Part shown: one piece after another, positions 33,560-44,274 of the stretch
Numbering within the stretch: the stretch's first letter is position 1
How the letters are laid out: the number at the start of each line of letters is the position of its first letter
DNA from: an uncultured Gemmataceae bacterium
GTDB taxonomy: Bacteria; Planctomycetota; Planctomycetia; Gemmatales; Gemmataceae
Reading direction: 5' to 3'
NCBI GenBank assembly: GCA_963750165.1
Contig: CAVVPN010000012.1
Location: 832,001 to 896,000 of the forward strand
DNA length: 64,000 nucleotides
Position numbers and translations under genes: made by a program
The notes under the pieces: model-generated
The model's database searches: none
What the model saw: only the letters and a program-made list of their open reading frames with translations
What the model was told of the DNA's origin: nothing

Positions 33560-34014
33560 TCAGTTCTTGATGCGCTTGTAGCTGAACAGCATCTGGCCGC
33601 TGCCCTCCTTGGTCTTGAACTCGGTCGGCCGCTCCTTGGCGTCCGGCTGATTGACGCACACGATCATCGTCTCGCCGTCGAATTTGTAGATACCGTACAG
33701 GATCTGGTCCTTCCCCATTCCCTCCTTGATGGCGATGTCGATCTGCCTGGGGTTTTTGGCCGCGTTCAACTTGAGCGTCCCGGCCCCGACTTGCATGTCG
33801 CCGAAGTGGACGGTGTACTTGTCGCCCTGAATGTCCAGCCGGACCTTGGCATTTTTGTTCTCCTCGTCGGAAATCTTCTTACCGCCCACCTCAAGCTCCT
33901 TGATGGCCCAGGTGCCCGCCATCTTCTTGAGGTCCTGTTTGGATGCGTCGTCCTGCGCACGACGGCGCTGACCGCAAACAACACGACCACTCCGGCAACC
34001 AACGTCTTCATCAT
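33560..34014 (-). CDS. TIGR03067-domain planctomycete protein (frameshift near 33955)
   Basis: Signal peptide MMKTLVAGVVVLFAVSAV, then DLKKMAGTW...PRQIDI...GIYKFDGETMIVC...RPTEF. Confidence 0.8.
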
Positions 34015-34182
34015 GCGTCCTCCTGTGTGATGGGCGATAAGTAAAGAATGTAATCCGAACCCTTCCGGTTGCAAGCTGCGTAGGAAGAACGGCGGCTGGC
34101 CCGGTCCTTGCCGCAGGCGCCCGGGCGGCGCACAATCACCACATCCGGCGACTGAAACGGGACCAAGACGTGAGGCACGGTC

Positions 34183-35088
34183 ATGATGCGGCGGGACCAG
34201 AGTGGGCGGCACGGCCTGAGCCGTGTGGAAGTCATGGTCCTCGGCCTGTTCGCGCTGATCGGGCTGGGCCTGCTGGCCACGCTGCTGCTGCGCGCCCGTG
34301 AGGCGTCCGACCGTGCGCAGTGCGCCGACCACCTCCGCCGGCTGGGCACCGCCGTCCGCAAGTTTCACGGGTCCGCCCAGGCGCTGCCGCCGGCGCGCAT
34401 CGCCGACCGGTACGCCACCTGGGCCGTGCTGCTGGCGCCCTACCTCGTCGCCGACCGAAACAACCCGCTCAAGGACTGGGATGAGACGCTGCCCTACTAC
34501 GTGCAGCCCGCGGCGGTGCGCGAGGGGCAGCTGGGCCTGTTTTACTGCCCGGCCCGACGGCGGCCGGGGCAGGTCAGCACCGAGGGCGACGTGCCGGGCA
34601 ACGGCAATCCTGAGCCGCGTCAGTACCCGGGGGCGCTGGGCGATTACGCCTGCGTCGCCGGCGACGGCGACCCGCGCTTCCCGTGGGACGGCCCCAATGC
34701 TAACGGCCCGTTCGTGATCGCGGAGGTCCTCAAGCGCGACGGCGACCGCGTGCTGGAGTGGCGGTCGCGTGTCGGGCTCAAGGATCTGAAGCACGGTGAC
34801 GTGACGCTGCTGCTGGGCGACAAGCATGTGCCGGTGGTCGGCCGCACCACGGTCGCGGTCGGCGACGGTGCGCTGTACAACGGCGAGTATCCCGGCAGCT
34901 GGTCGCGCGTCGGCGGCCCGGGCTTCGGCCTGGCGGCGTCGGACGAGGAGAAGTACAACCGCAACTTCGGCGGCAACCATGTCGGTGGCATCGCCCAGTT
35001 CATCCAGGTGGACACCAGCTTGAAGGTGTTCACGCCGGAGGTGTCGGAAACACTGCTCGGCAAGCTGATGGTCCGCGAAAAGGACTGA
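34183..35088 (+). CDS. DUF1559-family prepilin-like protein
   Basis: GLSRVEVMV, RAREASDRAQCADHLRRLG, WAVLLAPY, FYCPARR, degenerate H-X9-DG (NHVGGIAQFIQVDT). Confidence 0.8.
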   Translation: MMRRDQSGRHGLSRVEVMVLGLFALIGLGLLATLLLRAREASDRAQCADHLRRLGTAVRKFHGSAQALPPARIADRYATWAVLLAPYLVADRNNPLKDWDETLPYYVQPAAVREGQLGLFYCPARRRPGQVSTEGDVPGNGNPEPRQYPGALGDYACVAGDGDPRFPWDGPNANGPFVIAEVLKRDGDRVLEWRSRVGLKDLKHGDVTLLLGDKHVPVVGRTTVAVGDGALYNGEYPGSWSRVGGPGFGLAASDEEKYNRNFGGNHVGGIAQFIQVDTSLKVFTPEVSETLLGKLMVREKD

Positions 35089-35132
35089 GCGGCGGTTGGC
35101 AAACGATGGCGCTGGCCGGCGTCGGTTGACCG

Positions 35133-35185
35133 AGCAAGGGGGCCAAGGGGGCCAAGGGGGCCAACTTTTTCATACGTCGAGAATT
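35133..35185 (-). repeat. Dispersed copy of the 9-mer repeat element at 22.15-22.36 kb
   Basis: Reverse complement reads AATTCTCGACGTATGAAAAAGTTGGCCCCCTTGGCCCCCTTGGCCCCCTTGCT. Confidence 0.85.
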
Positions 35186-35204
35186 GAGTGCGAACCAGGG
35201 GGCG

Positions 35205-36404
35205 ATGATGACCCGTGCGCGGCAGTGGGTGCTGACGGACGTGTACGGCGACGTGTGGCTGGACCAGTTCGGCGTCAGCAACGAGACGCTGCGGCTGGCG
35301 ACGCCGCACCCCTGGTCGGTGCGCAAGCGGACGCTGCGCGGCGGCCTGCGCGACGGCGTGGATGTGGTCGAGGTCCACAACGGGGCGCTGGCGTTCACGG
35401 TGCTGCCGACGCGCGGCATGGGGTTGTGGCGCGGCGATTACCGCGGCAACTTCCTTGGCTGGCGGACGCCGGTGCATGGGCCGATCCACCCGCGGCACGT
35501 TTCGCTCGACGCGCGCGGCGGCCTCGGCTGGCTGTACGGCTTCGACGAATGGCTGTGCCGCTGCGGTCTGGCGTCGAACGGGCCGCCCGGCGAGGACGCC
35601 TACACGGACCGGAGCGGCCAGGCGCACCGCGACCGGCTGACGCTGCACGGCCGCATCGCCAACCTGCCGGCGCACTACCTGGAGGTGAGCGTCGGCCTGG
35701 AGGCGCCGTTCGAGCTGACGGTGCGCGGCCAGGTCGAGGAGGCGGCGTTGTTTTCGCCGAACCTGCTGCTGACGACGACGTACACGACGGCGCCGGGCTC
35801 GAACCGGCTGGTGATCCATGACGTGATCGAGAACCGCGGTTCGCGGCCGGCGGAGACGCAGATGCTGTATCACCTGAATGTGGGGCCGCCGTTCCTGGAG
35901 GCGGGCGGCCGAGTGCTGGCGCCGATCCGCGAACTGGCGCCGATCAGCACACGGGCGGCGGAAAGCATGGACACCTACGAGACGTACGCCGGCCCGGTGG
36001 CCGGCTACGCGGAGCAGGTGTACTGCTACGACCCGGCGGCGGACGCGCACGGCCACACGCTGTCGCTGCTGGCGAACGCGGCGGCCAACCTCGGCCTGGC
36101 GGTGCGCTTCAATCGGCAGGAGCTGCCGTGCTTCACGGTGTGGAAGAACACGGCGGCGCTGGAGGACGGCTACGTGACGGGCCTGGAGCCGGCGACGAAT
36201 TACCCGAACTTCAAGGGCTTTGAACGGCAGCAGGGCCGCGTGCCGCTGCTACCGCCGGGTGGGCGCTTCTCGTGTACGTGGAGCATCGAGGCACACGACA
36301 GCGCTGCGGGCGTCGCGGCGGTGATGGCGGAGGTGGCGCGGATTCAGGCGCAGACACCGGCGGTGATTCATCGGACGCCGCAGCCGCGGTTCTCGCCCGG
36401 GTGA
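35205..36404 (+). CDS. Aldose 1-epimerase superfamily protein (DUF4432)
   Basis: VLPTRGMGLW, CGLASNG, LHGRIAN, MLYHLNVG, YVTGLEPATNYP. Confidence 0.85.
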   Translation: MMTRARQWVLTDVYGDVWLDQFGVSNETLRLATPHPWSVRKRTLRGGLRDGVDVVEVHNGALAFTVLPTRGMGLWRGDYRGNFLGWRTPVHGPIHPRHVSLDARGGLGWLYGFDEWLCRCGLASNGPPGEDAYTDRSGQAHRDRLTLHGRIANLPAHYLEVSVGLEAPFELTVRGQVEEAALFSPNLLLTTTYTTAPGSNRLVIHDVIENRGSRPAETQMLYHLNVGPPFLEAGGRVLAPIRELAPISTRAAESMDTYETYAGPVAGYAEQVYCYDPAADAHGHTLSLLANAAANLGLAVRFNRQELPCFTVWKNTAALEDGYVTGLEPATNYPNFKGFERQQGRVPLLPPGGRFSCTWSIEAHDSAAGVAAVMAEVARIQAQTPAVIHRTPQPRFSPG

Positions 36405-36481
36405 CAGACCGCTGTCACTTCAAGGACGCTCCAACCGCTTGAGGAGTGCGGGGCGGGGAAACGAGGGGATTGCTCCCCGGT

Positions 36482-36525
36482 CCCAGGGCGTTGCCCTCGG
36501 CTAAGTTGTTCGGCCCCTTCGGGGC
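36482..36525. repeat. Short double-hairpin intergenic repeat
   Basis: CCCAGGGCGTTGCCCTCGG followed by GCCCCTTCGGGGC, between convergent genes. Confidence 0.5.
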
Positions 36526-36578
36526 AAAGATAAGATAAAAACCCGCAGTTGGAGTGTCCAGCGACATCTGATCCGTCT

Positions 36579-38997
36579 TCACGGCGTTTTCGGCCCCGCC
36601 GGCAGCGGCCGCGGGATAACCCACGGCCGCGGCAGTCCCGGCGCCACCGGCGGCGGCAGCGGCGTCGCGGCCGGGCCGTTGCCCGGATCGTAAATCCGGC
36701 TGCTCTCCCACTCCACCACCGGGCTTTCCAGTGCCTTGCTGCGCAACTCCACGCGCATGCGCACGTCGCCGGTCTTGCCCGCCACGGCTGTCACCTGGAA
36801 CTTCGCCGTCTGCTGCGGCGGCAGCGCCGCCAGCGGCGCGAACGTCACCTGCTGGCCCACGACCGTCGCCTTCGTCGGCCCAGTCGTGCCGTCCGCCAGC
36901 GGCGTCAGCTCCGGCGGCAGCGTCGCCACAATCTCCACCTGGCCTGCGTCCAGCGAACCGGTGTTGGTCACCTGAATCTCATACATGATTTTGTCCTTCA
37001 GCCGCACCGGGTCGCCCACATCGACCATCTTCAACTGCAGCGCCGGCACGCCACTCAGCTCCACGCTCGCCTGCGCCGTCACGTTCAGCCCCGGCGCCAG
37101 GGCCACGACGCGTTGCAGCGCCGACGGGCTCGCCTTCTCGCCGCGCAGCGCCAGCTTCACCTCCGCCTGGCCCTGTGCCGGCAGCGCCGCCAGCTGCCAG
37201 ACTACCTCGCCGTTCTCCATCTTGCCCGTCGGCGTCGCGTTTTGCAGCGTCATCTCCGCCGGCAGCTTGTAGCGCAGCTGCACCCCAGGCAGCGCCGCCG
37301 CGCCCTGGTTGCTCACCTGCACGCGCCATTCCGTCGTCTGGCCGACGTACTGTTTCTTCGGCCCGTCAATGCTCAGGCCCAGCTGCGCCTGCTGCGCCAG
37401 CAACACATGCTCGGCCTGGTCGCTCAGGTTGCCGGCCGCGGTCGCCGTCACGCGCGTCACCAGCCGGCCGGGCACGCGCGGCACCAGCGGCAACGGCGGC
37501 AGTGTCACGCTCTGGCCCGGCGGAATCGTACCCACATCCTTGCTGACCACCTTCGCCAGCGGGTTCGTCGCCAACCCGTGCTCCAGGCCCTGGTCGAAGC
37601 GCACCGTCACGCTCGCCTGCTCGAGCGGCACCGTGCCCGGGTTCGCCACCGTGATCTGGTAGTTGACCGGCACGTTCACCACGCCCGTCGCCGGCGCACT
37701 CACGCTCACCTTCAGCCCCGGCTGGCCAACCACCGTCACCGCGCACCGCTCGTCGCGGAGGTTCTCCTCCGTGACCACGCGAGCGCAGTTGTTCACCGTG
37801 CCGACCGCCGTTGTGCGGAATACCGCCTGGATGGTGTGCGCCTGGCCCGGCGGCAGCCGGCCCAGCGTCCAGATCAGCTGGCCGCCGCTCACCACCGCTG
37901 GCGGCTCGGAGCGCACGTATTGCAGTCCCGGCGGCACCGGGTTCGTCACCGTCATCGACCGGGCCTCGACCTTGCCGCTGTTGGCGACCGTGATCGTGTA
38001 GGTCAGCTCCTGGCCGACCGTCGCCAGCGCCGGCCCGGTGTGCGTCAGGCTCACCGCGGGCGCTAGCCATTCGACGGTGGTGTCGCCGTTGGCCAGCACG
38101 ATGCCGACGCCGCTCGGCGCCGTCGGGTCCGGCGGCCGGATGACCTCGATGCCGATGCGGTTCACGCCCGGCCGCGCTCCCAGCCTGCACCAGGCTCGCC
38201 GAGGCGTTGCCGCGGTCGTCGCTCACCGCCACCACCTCGTCGCGCTTCGTCTGCGGGAACAGGGCAGGCGGGCCGTCCAGCACCTTGTAGCGAACGCGAT
38301 AACCGGCCAGCGGTTGCTGGTCCGTTGGCCGTAGCACGCGCGTCGTCAGCACGTGTTCGCTGCCGGAGTTCGCCACGGCCGGCGGCGGGAACACCCACGC
38401 CGCGTCCACCCAGCGCAGCGTCACCACCTGCTTGCTCTGTTGCCAGTCGTAGATGCCCGGGGCGTAAACAGTCACGTGCGTGTCGCCCTCGACGGCGGCG
38501 CTAACCAGACACCACGTCTGACCGGGGCGCACCACGAAATCGTCGGCCGAGCTGGCGGTGCCGCGTGTGATGTGGTGCTCGCAGTAATTGGTGTAGCTGA
38601 CGGCGTACTTGTTATCGACCTTGTAACCGCGGCCCGGCCAGAAACCGCTCTCGTCCACTTCCAATATGTTGCCGACGCCCTCGACCATCCATTCGACGCG
38701 GCGGTCGCGGCGCGGCACATTTTTCTCATCATAAATGGTAGCGATGATAACGTGCTGCGTGCGCACCGGGTTGGTGACGACGGCGTTGGGACGCACTTCC
38801 AGGCGGATGGCGTGCGGGTCGAAGTTGGCATAGTAGCCGGAACCGGTCGGCTTGGCATGGGTGCGGATGATGTCGCCGGTCGGCCACAGGTAGGGGAAGT
38901 AGCTGGGGTTCTGGGAGACACCGAAGCAGCCGGGCAGCGCGCACAGCGATCCCGCGATCAGCAGGACCAGGCACAACCGCCGCACCGTCGGCCTCAT
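36579..38997 (-). CDS. DUF11-repeat (OmcB-like) lipoprotein (frameshift near 38165)
   Basis: Lipobox LPGC; repeated Ig-like units (LTYTITVANSG, VNYQITVANPG, WRVQVSNQG, GVPALQLKMVDVGDPV..IMYEIQVTNTGS). Confidence 0.85.
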
Positions 38998-39156
38998 GGG
39001 CTCTTCCCGGGGCGCACTGGCCGCCGACCCCCGCGGGGGGCGGTGCGTCGCTTCAGAGGCGGCGGTTCGTTTGCGAACCGGGGTGTATACGCCGGCGCTC
39101 CGATTTTGCAAGCCGAAACTTCGCCGGGGGTGCGCCGCTACATTTTGGCATTTTCA

Positions 39157-39292
39157 GGCGAGCGGCGCGGCGTCAGCCCGCCGGTGACACACTGCACCGG
39201 CGGGCTGACGCCGCGCCGCTACTGCCGGCACCGGCGGGCTGACGCCGCGCCGCTACTGCCGGCACCGGCGGGCTGACGCCGCGCCGCTCGCC
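39157..39292. repeat. REP family A with a triplicated right arm (34-bp period)
   Basis: One left arm followed by three tandem GCACCGGCGGGCTGACGCCGCGCCGCT copies. Confidence 0.9.
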
Positions 39293-39660
39293 TGGGAGTG
39301 CCAAATTCCTGCGGCAGACCTTCGCCGGCATCGGCCGACGCATTTCGAGAGAATTTGCTCTTGACCCGATTCGCCGATGGATTATAAGCCGCCCTCCACT
39401 TGCCAACATTCCATGCGTGATCCCTGTGACGGCGCGGCCAACGCGCCCGCGGTGGGTCCGCCCCGGTTTGGAGGTCCGCCTCGGGGGAGGCGGGCGCCGG
39501 CCCGGGAAGGTGAGCCCTGTGGGGGGCTGGCAACGGAGGACGCCCGCGTGCGCCGCATCGGACATCGGGAACCCGCAGGTTCGGGGAAGCTCGCTGCGCC
39601 AGGGGACTGGCGGCCACGAACGCAACCGCACGGCGATCGGTCTCAGCCGAAAGGAAGACT

Positions 39661-41658
39661 ATGAGGAACAAAGCCGTCAACCACAGACAACCACGGAGCG
39701 GTGGCCGTTCGGGCCAACGCACGACGCGCCGCGGTTGGGCCGGCGCGGCGTGGGTGTGCGGCCTCGCCCTGTTGGGGGCGTTCGCCGGCGCACGGCCCGC
39801 GGTCGCCCAACCGCCGGGCCCCCAGGTTCCTGTCCTATCGGCGCCCGGCTTCTTTCCGCCGGGCCCCGCACTGCCCCAGGCACAGGACCAGGCTAAGAAC
39901 AAGCTCGTCCAGCCGATCCCGGTGGGGCCGATGCCGCGGCAGTTCGGCCCGTTCATCCCGGATCAGGCGCGGCTGCAGCGCCTGCCAGGCACCATCATCG
40001 GCACGCCGCCTCGTCCCTCCCGGGAAACCCTGGAGAAGTACAGTAAGTTCGTCAGGAAGTTCGATGATCCCGAAGTGCAGATGGAGCTGGTCGTCGGCCG
40101 CACGCGCCTGATGGAACTGTACCAGGTCCCCAAGCGCGTGCAGATTGCTGACGATTCCATCGCCAGTTACACGCTCGTCAGCCCGAAGGATCTGTCGCTG
40201 ATCGGCCGCAACACCGGCATCACCGTCCTGACCCTGTGGTTCGCCGACCCGAAGGAACCCACCAAGGAAACCATCCTGATCTACCACGTCAACGTCGTGC
40301 CGGACCCTGGTTTGAAAAAACGCCTGGAGGACATTTACAAGGCCCTGGGCGACGAAATTAACTGTGCCTTCCCAGACAGCGTGGTCTGTCTGCAGCTGGT
40401 CGGCGACAAGCTGGTGGTCAACGGCTGGGCCCACGACATCTACGAGGCGACGCAGATTCTGCGTATCGTGCGGGCCAACTTCCAGGGCCGGCACATGTAC
40501 CCCGAAACCACCAAGGTGCCGGTGGCTCCGCGCGGCCTGGCGCCGGAGGAACTCGGCCCCGAGGGCGCCCTGGCGGCGCCGGGCACGGAGAACTACCTGA
40601 GCGCCGGCGGCCCGAACGTCATCAACAACCTGAAGGTGCCCGGCGAACAGCAGGTGTGTTTGAAGGTCACGGTTGCGGAGGTGAACCGTGCCGCGGAGCG
40701 GAGCATCGGCTTGAACTTCAGCGTCTTGAACAGCGCGGGCAAGGCGGTCTTCGCCAATAACACCGGCAGCATCTCCTCGGCCGGCCTGACGTTCGGCGGC
40801 GGCAACGGCATCGGCACCAACCTGGCGGGCCTGACGAATGTCCAGAACACCTTCGGCATCACACCGCTGGCGGGCCTGGCCATCGGTGCGGGCGGCTACA
40901 ACAACCTGCCGGCGGCCCTGGACAACGGCCAGGTGCGGCTGGCGATCAGTGCCCTGCGCACGCTGGAGTTAGCCCGGTCGCTGGCGGAGCCGAACCTGGT
41001 GACCATGAACGGCATGACGGCCACCTTCCTGGCGGGCGGCGAGTTCCCGGTGCCGGTGGTGACCGGTTTCACGGCGGCGGGCTTGCAGGGCGTGCAGTTC
41101 GTGCCCTACGGCGTGCAGCTGAACTTCACGCCGTACATCACCGACCGCGACCGCATCCGCCTGGTGATGTATGCGTCGATCAGCACGCGCGACCTGGCCA
41201 ACGGCGTCAGCAACATCGGCGGCTCGTTCATCCCGAACCTGACGACGCGCAATTTCCAGACGACGGTGGAGCTGCGCGAGGGCCAGACGCTGGCGGTGGC
41301 CGGCCTGATTCAGCAGAACATGGGGGCTGACGCGCACCGCGTCCCGTTCATCGGCGACGTGCCGATTCTGAACAACCTGCTCGGCTTCAGCCGCACGAGC
41401 ATGGGCGAGCAGGAACTGGTGGTGCTGGTGACGCCCGAGTTGGTGCATCCGCTGGATTACAAGGAGGTGTCGCCGCTGCCGGGCTCGGACATGTTCGAGG
41501 CGAACGACCTGGAGTTCTACGTGCTGGGCCGGCTGGAGAGTCACTACCCGGTGGACTATCGCAGTACGGTGCGGACGGACTGGGAGCGCATTCATGCGTA
41601 TCGGCGCATGGAGGGGATGTACCTGGCGGGGCCGCACGGCCACGGGGGCGATCATTGA
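39661..41658 (+). CDS. cpaC: Tad/Flp pilus secretin, CpaC/RcpA family
   Basis: GITVLTLW, QQVCLKVTVAEVNR, LAEPNLVTMNG..ATFLAGGEFPVP, TTVELREGQTLAVAGL, ELVVLVTPELV. Confidence 0.88.
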   Translation: MRNKAVNHRQPRSGGRSGQRTTRRGWAGAAWVCGLALLGAFAGARPAVAQPPGPQVPVLSAPGFFPPGPALPQAQDQAKNKLVQPIPVGPMPRQFGPFIPDQARLQRLPGTIIGTPPRPSRETLEKYSKFVRKFDDPEVQMELVVGRTRLMELYQVPKRVQIADDSIASYTLVSPKDLSLIGRNTGITVLTLWFADPKEPTKETILIYHVNVVPDPGLKKRLEDIYKALGDEINCAFPDSVVCLQLVGDKLVVNGWAHDIYEATQILRIVRANFQGRHMYPETTKVPVAPRGLAPEELGPEGALAAPGTENYLSAGGPNVINNLKVPGEQQVCLKVTVAEVNRAAERSIGLNFSVLNSAGKAVFANNTGSISSAGLTFGGGNGIGTNLAGLTNVQNTFGITPLAGLAIGAGGYNNLPAALDNGQVRLAISALRTLELARSLAEPNLVTMNGMTATFLAGGEFPVPVVTGFTAAGLQGVQFVPYGVQLNFTPYITDRDRIRLVMYASISTRDLANGVSNIGGSFIPNLTTRNFQTTVELREGQTLAVAGLIQQNMGADAHRVPFIGDVPILNNLLGFSRTSMGEQELVVLVTPELVHPLDYKEVSPLPGSDMFEANDLEFYVLGRLESHYPVDYRSTVRTDWERIHAYRRMEGMYLAGPHGHGGDH

Positions 41659-41730
41659 GTTGTCCGTTGTCCGTCGTCCGTTGCCACTGACAACGGACAA
41701 CGGACAACGGACAACGGACAACGGACAACG
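41659..41730. repeat. Heptamer tandem-repeat hairpin (GTTGTCC / GGACAAC)
   Basis: About three GTTGTCC-like units, a short spacer, then five to six ACAACGG units. Confidence 0.9.
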
Positions 41731-41743
41731 AAGGAATCAGCCA

Positions 41744-42430
41744 ATGAAACGGTTCTATTCAATCTCCGCGCTGACCATGGCCGTGCTGGGGGGACTGGCG
41801 GCGCTGGGGGTGATCGGTTGCTACTGCGACCGGTGCGGCAAGGCAGGGGACGGCGAGGGCGGCGTGGCCCACGGCCGTGCAGCCAGGCCGCCGGTGGCGA
41901 TGCCGGCGCCGCTGGGCACCTACGTCAACCGGCTAAATCTGACGCAGGCGAACAAGGCGGAGGCCGCGGACTTCGTATTTTACCCCGACGAGTGGTACAT
42001 GAACGGCACCCAGCTGGGGCCGTACGGCAAGTACCACCTCAAGGAGGTCATCAAGCGGCTGGCGACGGTGCCGTTCCCGGTGGTCATCCAGCCGATCTCG
42101 GAGGTGCCGACCAACGACGCCCGGCGGCAGCTGATCGTGGCCGCGCTGGCGGCGGCGGGCGTGCCCGATCCGGAGCCGCGCGTGATTATCGCTTACTCCG
42201 ACGCGGAGGGGCTGCGCGGCGAGGACGCCGAACTCACGTACTACCAGCTGCTCTACAGCCGGCTGTACCAGGGGAACTACGGTCGCGGGTTCTTCCGGAG
42301 CGGCATCGGCGGCTTCGGGGCCGGCTTCTTCGGCCGCGGCAATTTGATGGGCGGCTTCGGCTTCGGTGGTGCCGGCGGCTTCGGCGCCTACAGCAGCGGC
42401 TTCGGCGGCCTGTATGGGTATGGCTTCTGA
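41744..42430 (+). CDS. Hypothetical lipoprotein with a Gly/Phe-rich tail (Tad-associated)
   Basis: AAGGA RBS, lipobox VIGC, lies between the secretin and the TPR gene. Confidence 0.75.
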   Translation: MKRFYSISALTMAVLGGLAALGVIGCYCDRCGKAGDGEGGVAHGRAARPPVAMPAPLGTYVNRLNLTQANKAEAADFVFYPDEWYMNGTQLGPYGKYHLKEVIKRLATVPFPVVIQPISEVPTNDARRQLIVAALAAAGVPDPEPRVIIAYSDAEGLRGEDAELTYYQLLYSRLYQGNYGRGFFRSGIGGFGAGFFGRGNLMGGFGFGGAGGFGAYSSGFGGLYGYGF

Positions 42431-42432
42431 CG

Positions 42433-42530
42433 CAGTGGTCGGTGGTCAGCGGTCAGTGGTCAGTGGAAGACGAAACCTCATTGTCTTCCACTGACCACTG
42501 ACCGCTGACCACCGACCACTGACCACTGAC
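42433..42530. repeat. Heptamer tandem-repeat hairpin (CAGTGGT / ACCACTG)
   Basis: 39-bp perfect stem, including variant units mirrored in both arms; inner GAAGAC...GTCTTC. Confidence 0.92.
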
Positions 42531-42543
42531 GAGGGCAAATGCC

Positions 42544-43383
42544 ATGAGCGCGTCCCGATGGCCGGTGCTGCTGGTGCTGAGCCTGTTGCCGGCCGGTGGC
42601 TGCCTGACGGCGGACAAGACCACGGCCGAGGCAACCGGCAGCAATGCTGTGGAACTGCCGCCGCGCGAGGGGGCCAGGGCGTGCCTGGCCGTGGCCACGG
42701 CGTTCGAGCGCGAGAGCAAGGAGAAGGAGGCCGCCATACAGTACGAGCGGGCGCGGGCCCTCGACCCGGGCCTGAAGGTGTCGCGGCAGCTGGCGGTGCT
42801 GTACGACAAGATCGGCGAACCGCAAAGGGCCCAGCGGGAGTTCGAGACGGCCCTGGTGCAGTCGCCGAAGGACGCCGAACTGCTCAACAGCTTCGGCTAC
42901 TTCTGCTACAACTGCGGCAAACTGGACGTGGCGGAGGCACGACTGCGGGAGGCGCTGGCGATCAACCCGAAGTATCAGCGGGCATGGAACAACCTCGCCC
43001 TGGTGCTCGGCCAGCAGCAGCGCTATGACGAGTGCCTGGAGGCGTTTCGCAAGGTGGTCAGCGAGGCAGACGCCCACTCGAACCTGGCGTTCCTGCTGAC
43101 CACCCAGGGCAAGGTGGCCCAGGCGAAGGAGGCGTACCGCCACGCGCTGCAGCTGGAGCCCAACCTGCTGCGGGCGCGACTGGCGCTGGAGAAGCTGGAG
43201 CACCCCGGCTCCAAGGCGCCGCCGGCCTCGACGACCGAGGACGCGCGGCGGAAGGAGATGCGGGAGCGGCTGCTGGCCCGGACGCGGACGACGACGACGA
43301 CGCCCGTGGCAGCCGCGGAACCGCCGCCGCTGCCGACGATTGTGGTGGCGCCGCCGACCGTGAAACCAGCGGAGGAAAAATAA
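42544..43383 (+). CDS. TPR lipoprotein (TadD/pilotin-like)
   Basis: Lipobox AGGC; TPR repeats (LLNSFGY, AWNNLALVL, AHSNLAFLL). Confidence 0.85.
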   Translation: MSASRWPVLLVLSLLPAGGCLTADKTTAEATGSNAVELPPREGARACLAVATAFERESKEKEAAIQYERARALDPGLKVSRQLAVLYDKIGEPQRAQREFETALVQSPKDAELLNSFGYFCYNCGKLDVAEARLREALAINPKYQRAWNNLALVLGQQQRYDECLEAFRKVVSEADAHSNLAFLLTTQGKVAQAKEAYRHALQLEPNLLRARLALEKLEHPGSKAPPASTTEDARRKEMRERLLARTRTTTTTPVAAAEPPPLPTIVVAPPTVKPAEEK

Positions 43384-43387
43384 GTCG

Positions 43388-43471
43388 GCACAGAGAACGC
43401 ACAGAGAAGACAAAGAATTGCTTATCAATTCTTCTGTCTTCTCTGTGCGCTCGCTGCGTTCTCAGTGGTGA
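43388..43471. repeat. CACAGAGAA-type repeat hairpin between convergent genes
   Basis: GCACAGAGAAGACA ... TGTCTTCTCTGTGC with an AT-rich inner hairpin. Confidence 0.8.
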
Positions 43472-43480
43472 ATGATCGGG

Positions 43481-43873
43481 TCAATCCATGGGCGCGGGCG
43501 GCGCCTGGCGGAACAGCCGGCCGCTGGTGCTGAGGAACTCCAGCGGTTGGTTCTCGGGCTGGACCAGCCAACCGCTGACCCCCTGCGGATTCTTGGTGTA
43601 GGACACGCCGTGGACCAGATTCCAGTGCCGCCCCTGGTCGTCCGTGAAGGAGCGGCCGCACTTCCAGTCCCGGGCGGCCAGCACCACGCCCTTGGCCGTG
43701 GCGGGGCCGAAGGCCGACTTGCCCGTGACCGGCGGCGGCGTCAGCACAAAATAGTTCGTGTACTTCATCTTTTTGTCTTTGATCGTCTGCGACGTCACCA
43801 CCTGGCCGGCCGCCTGCCCGATCAATCCCAGCGCCAGCACCCCCGCCAGCGCCCACTGCACACACGTCTTCAT
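43481..43873 (-). CDS. Hypothetical secreted protein
   Basis: Signal peptide MKTCVQWALAGVLALGLIGQAAG; AAGGGG RBS. Confidence 0.65.
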   Translation of the reverse strand: MKTCVQWALAGVLALGLIGQAAGQVVTSQTIKDKKMKYTNYFVLTPPPVTGKSAFGPATAKGVVLAARDWKCGRSFTDDQGRHWNLVHGVSYTKNPQGVSGWLVQPENQPLEFLSTSGRLFRQAPPAPMD

Positions 43874-44274
43874 CGGCGTCCCCCTTTCGGCTCGTCGAAC
43901 CATCGGGTTTCACGGCACAGGCCCACGGCCCGTTGCCATTCCGGACACACCGGCTTTCGGATCTTTATCTAATGTTACACCAGATTCGACTGCCCGAAAG
44001 CAAAAAAGTCAGGATTTTCGCAAGCGCCCGCGGCGGTGACACAGGGCTGTCACCGCGCGGCCGCCTGCCAACGTGAGGCTAAATCCAACAATGCCGGTTA
44101 GAGAAACTGTGCCTGGTGACGGAAGGAAAATCACAGGCCACGGGACCGGGGATGGCCTTGTAGGACCACCTGGTTCCGTTAATCTCGTTATGTGATTTCC
44201 TTGCATGCGGGAAAATCATCGATGCGACCTACCCGCCAGGTGGCTCACTCTCAAACCGGCAACGGAGAACTATT

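Noticed and set aside
39194..39292. 34-bp tandem repeats as a CRISPR array
   Set aside because: The 7-nt linkers are identical; these are duplicated arms of REP family A.
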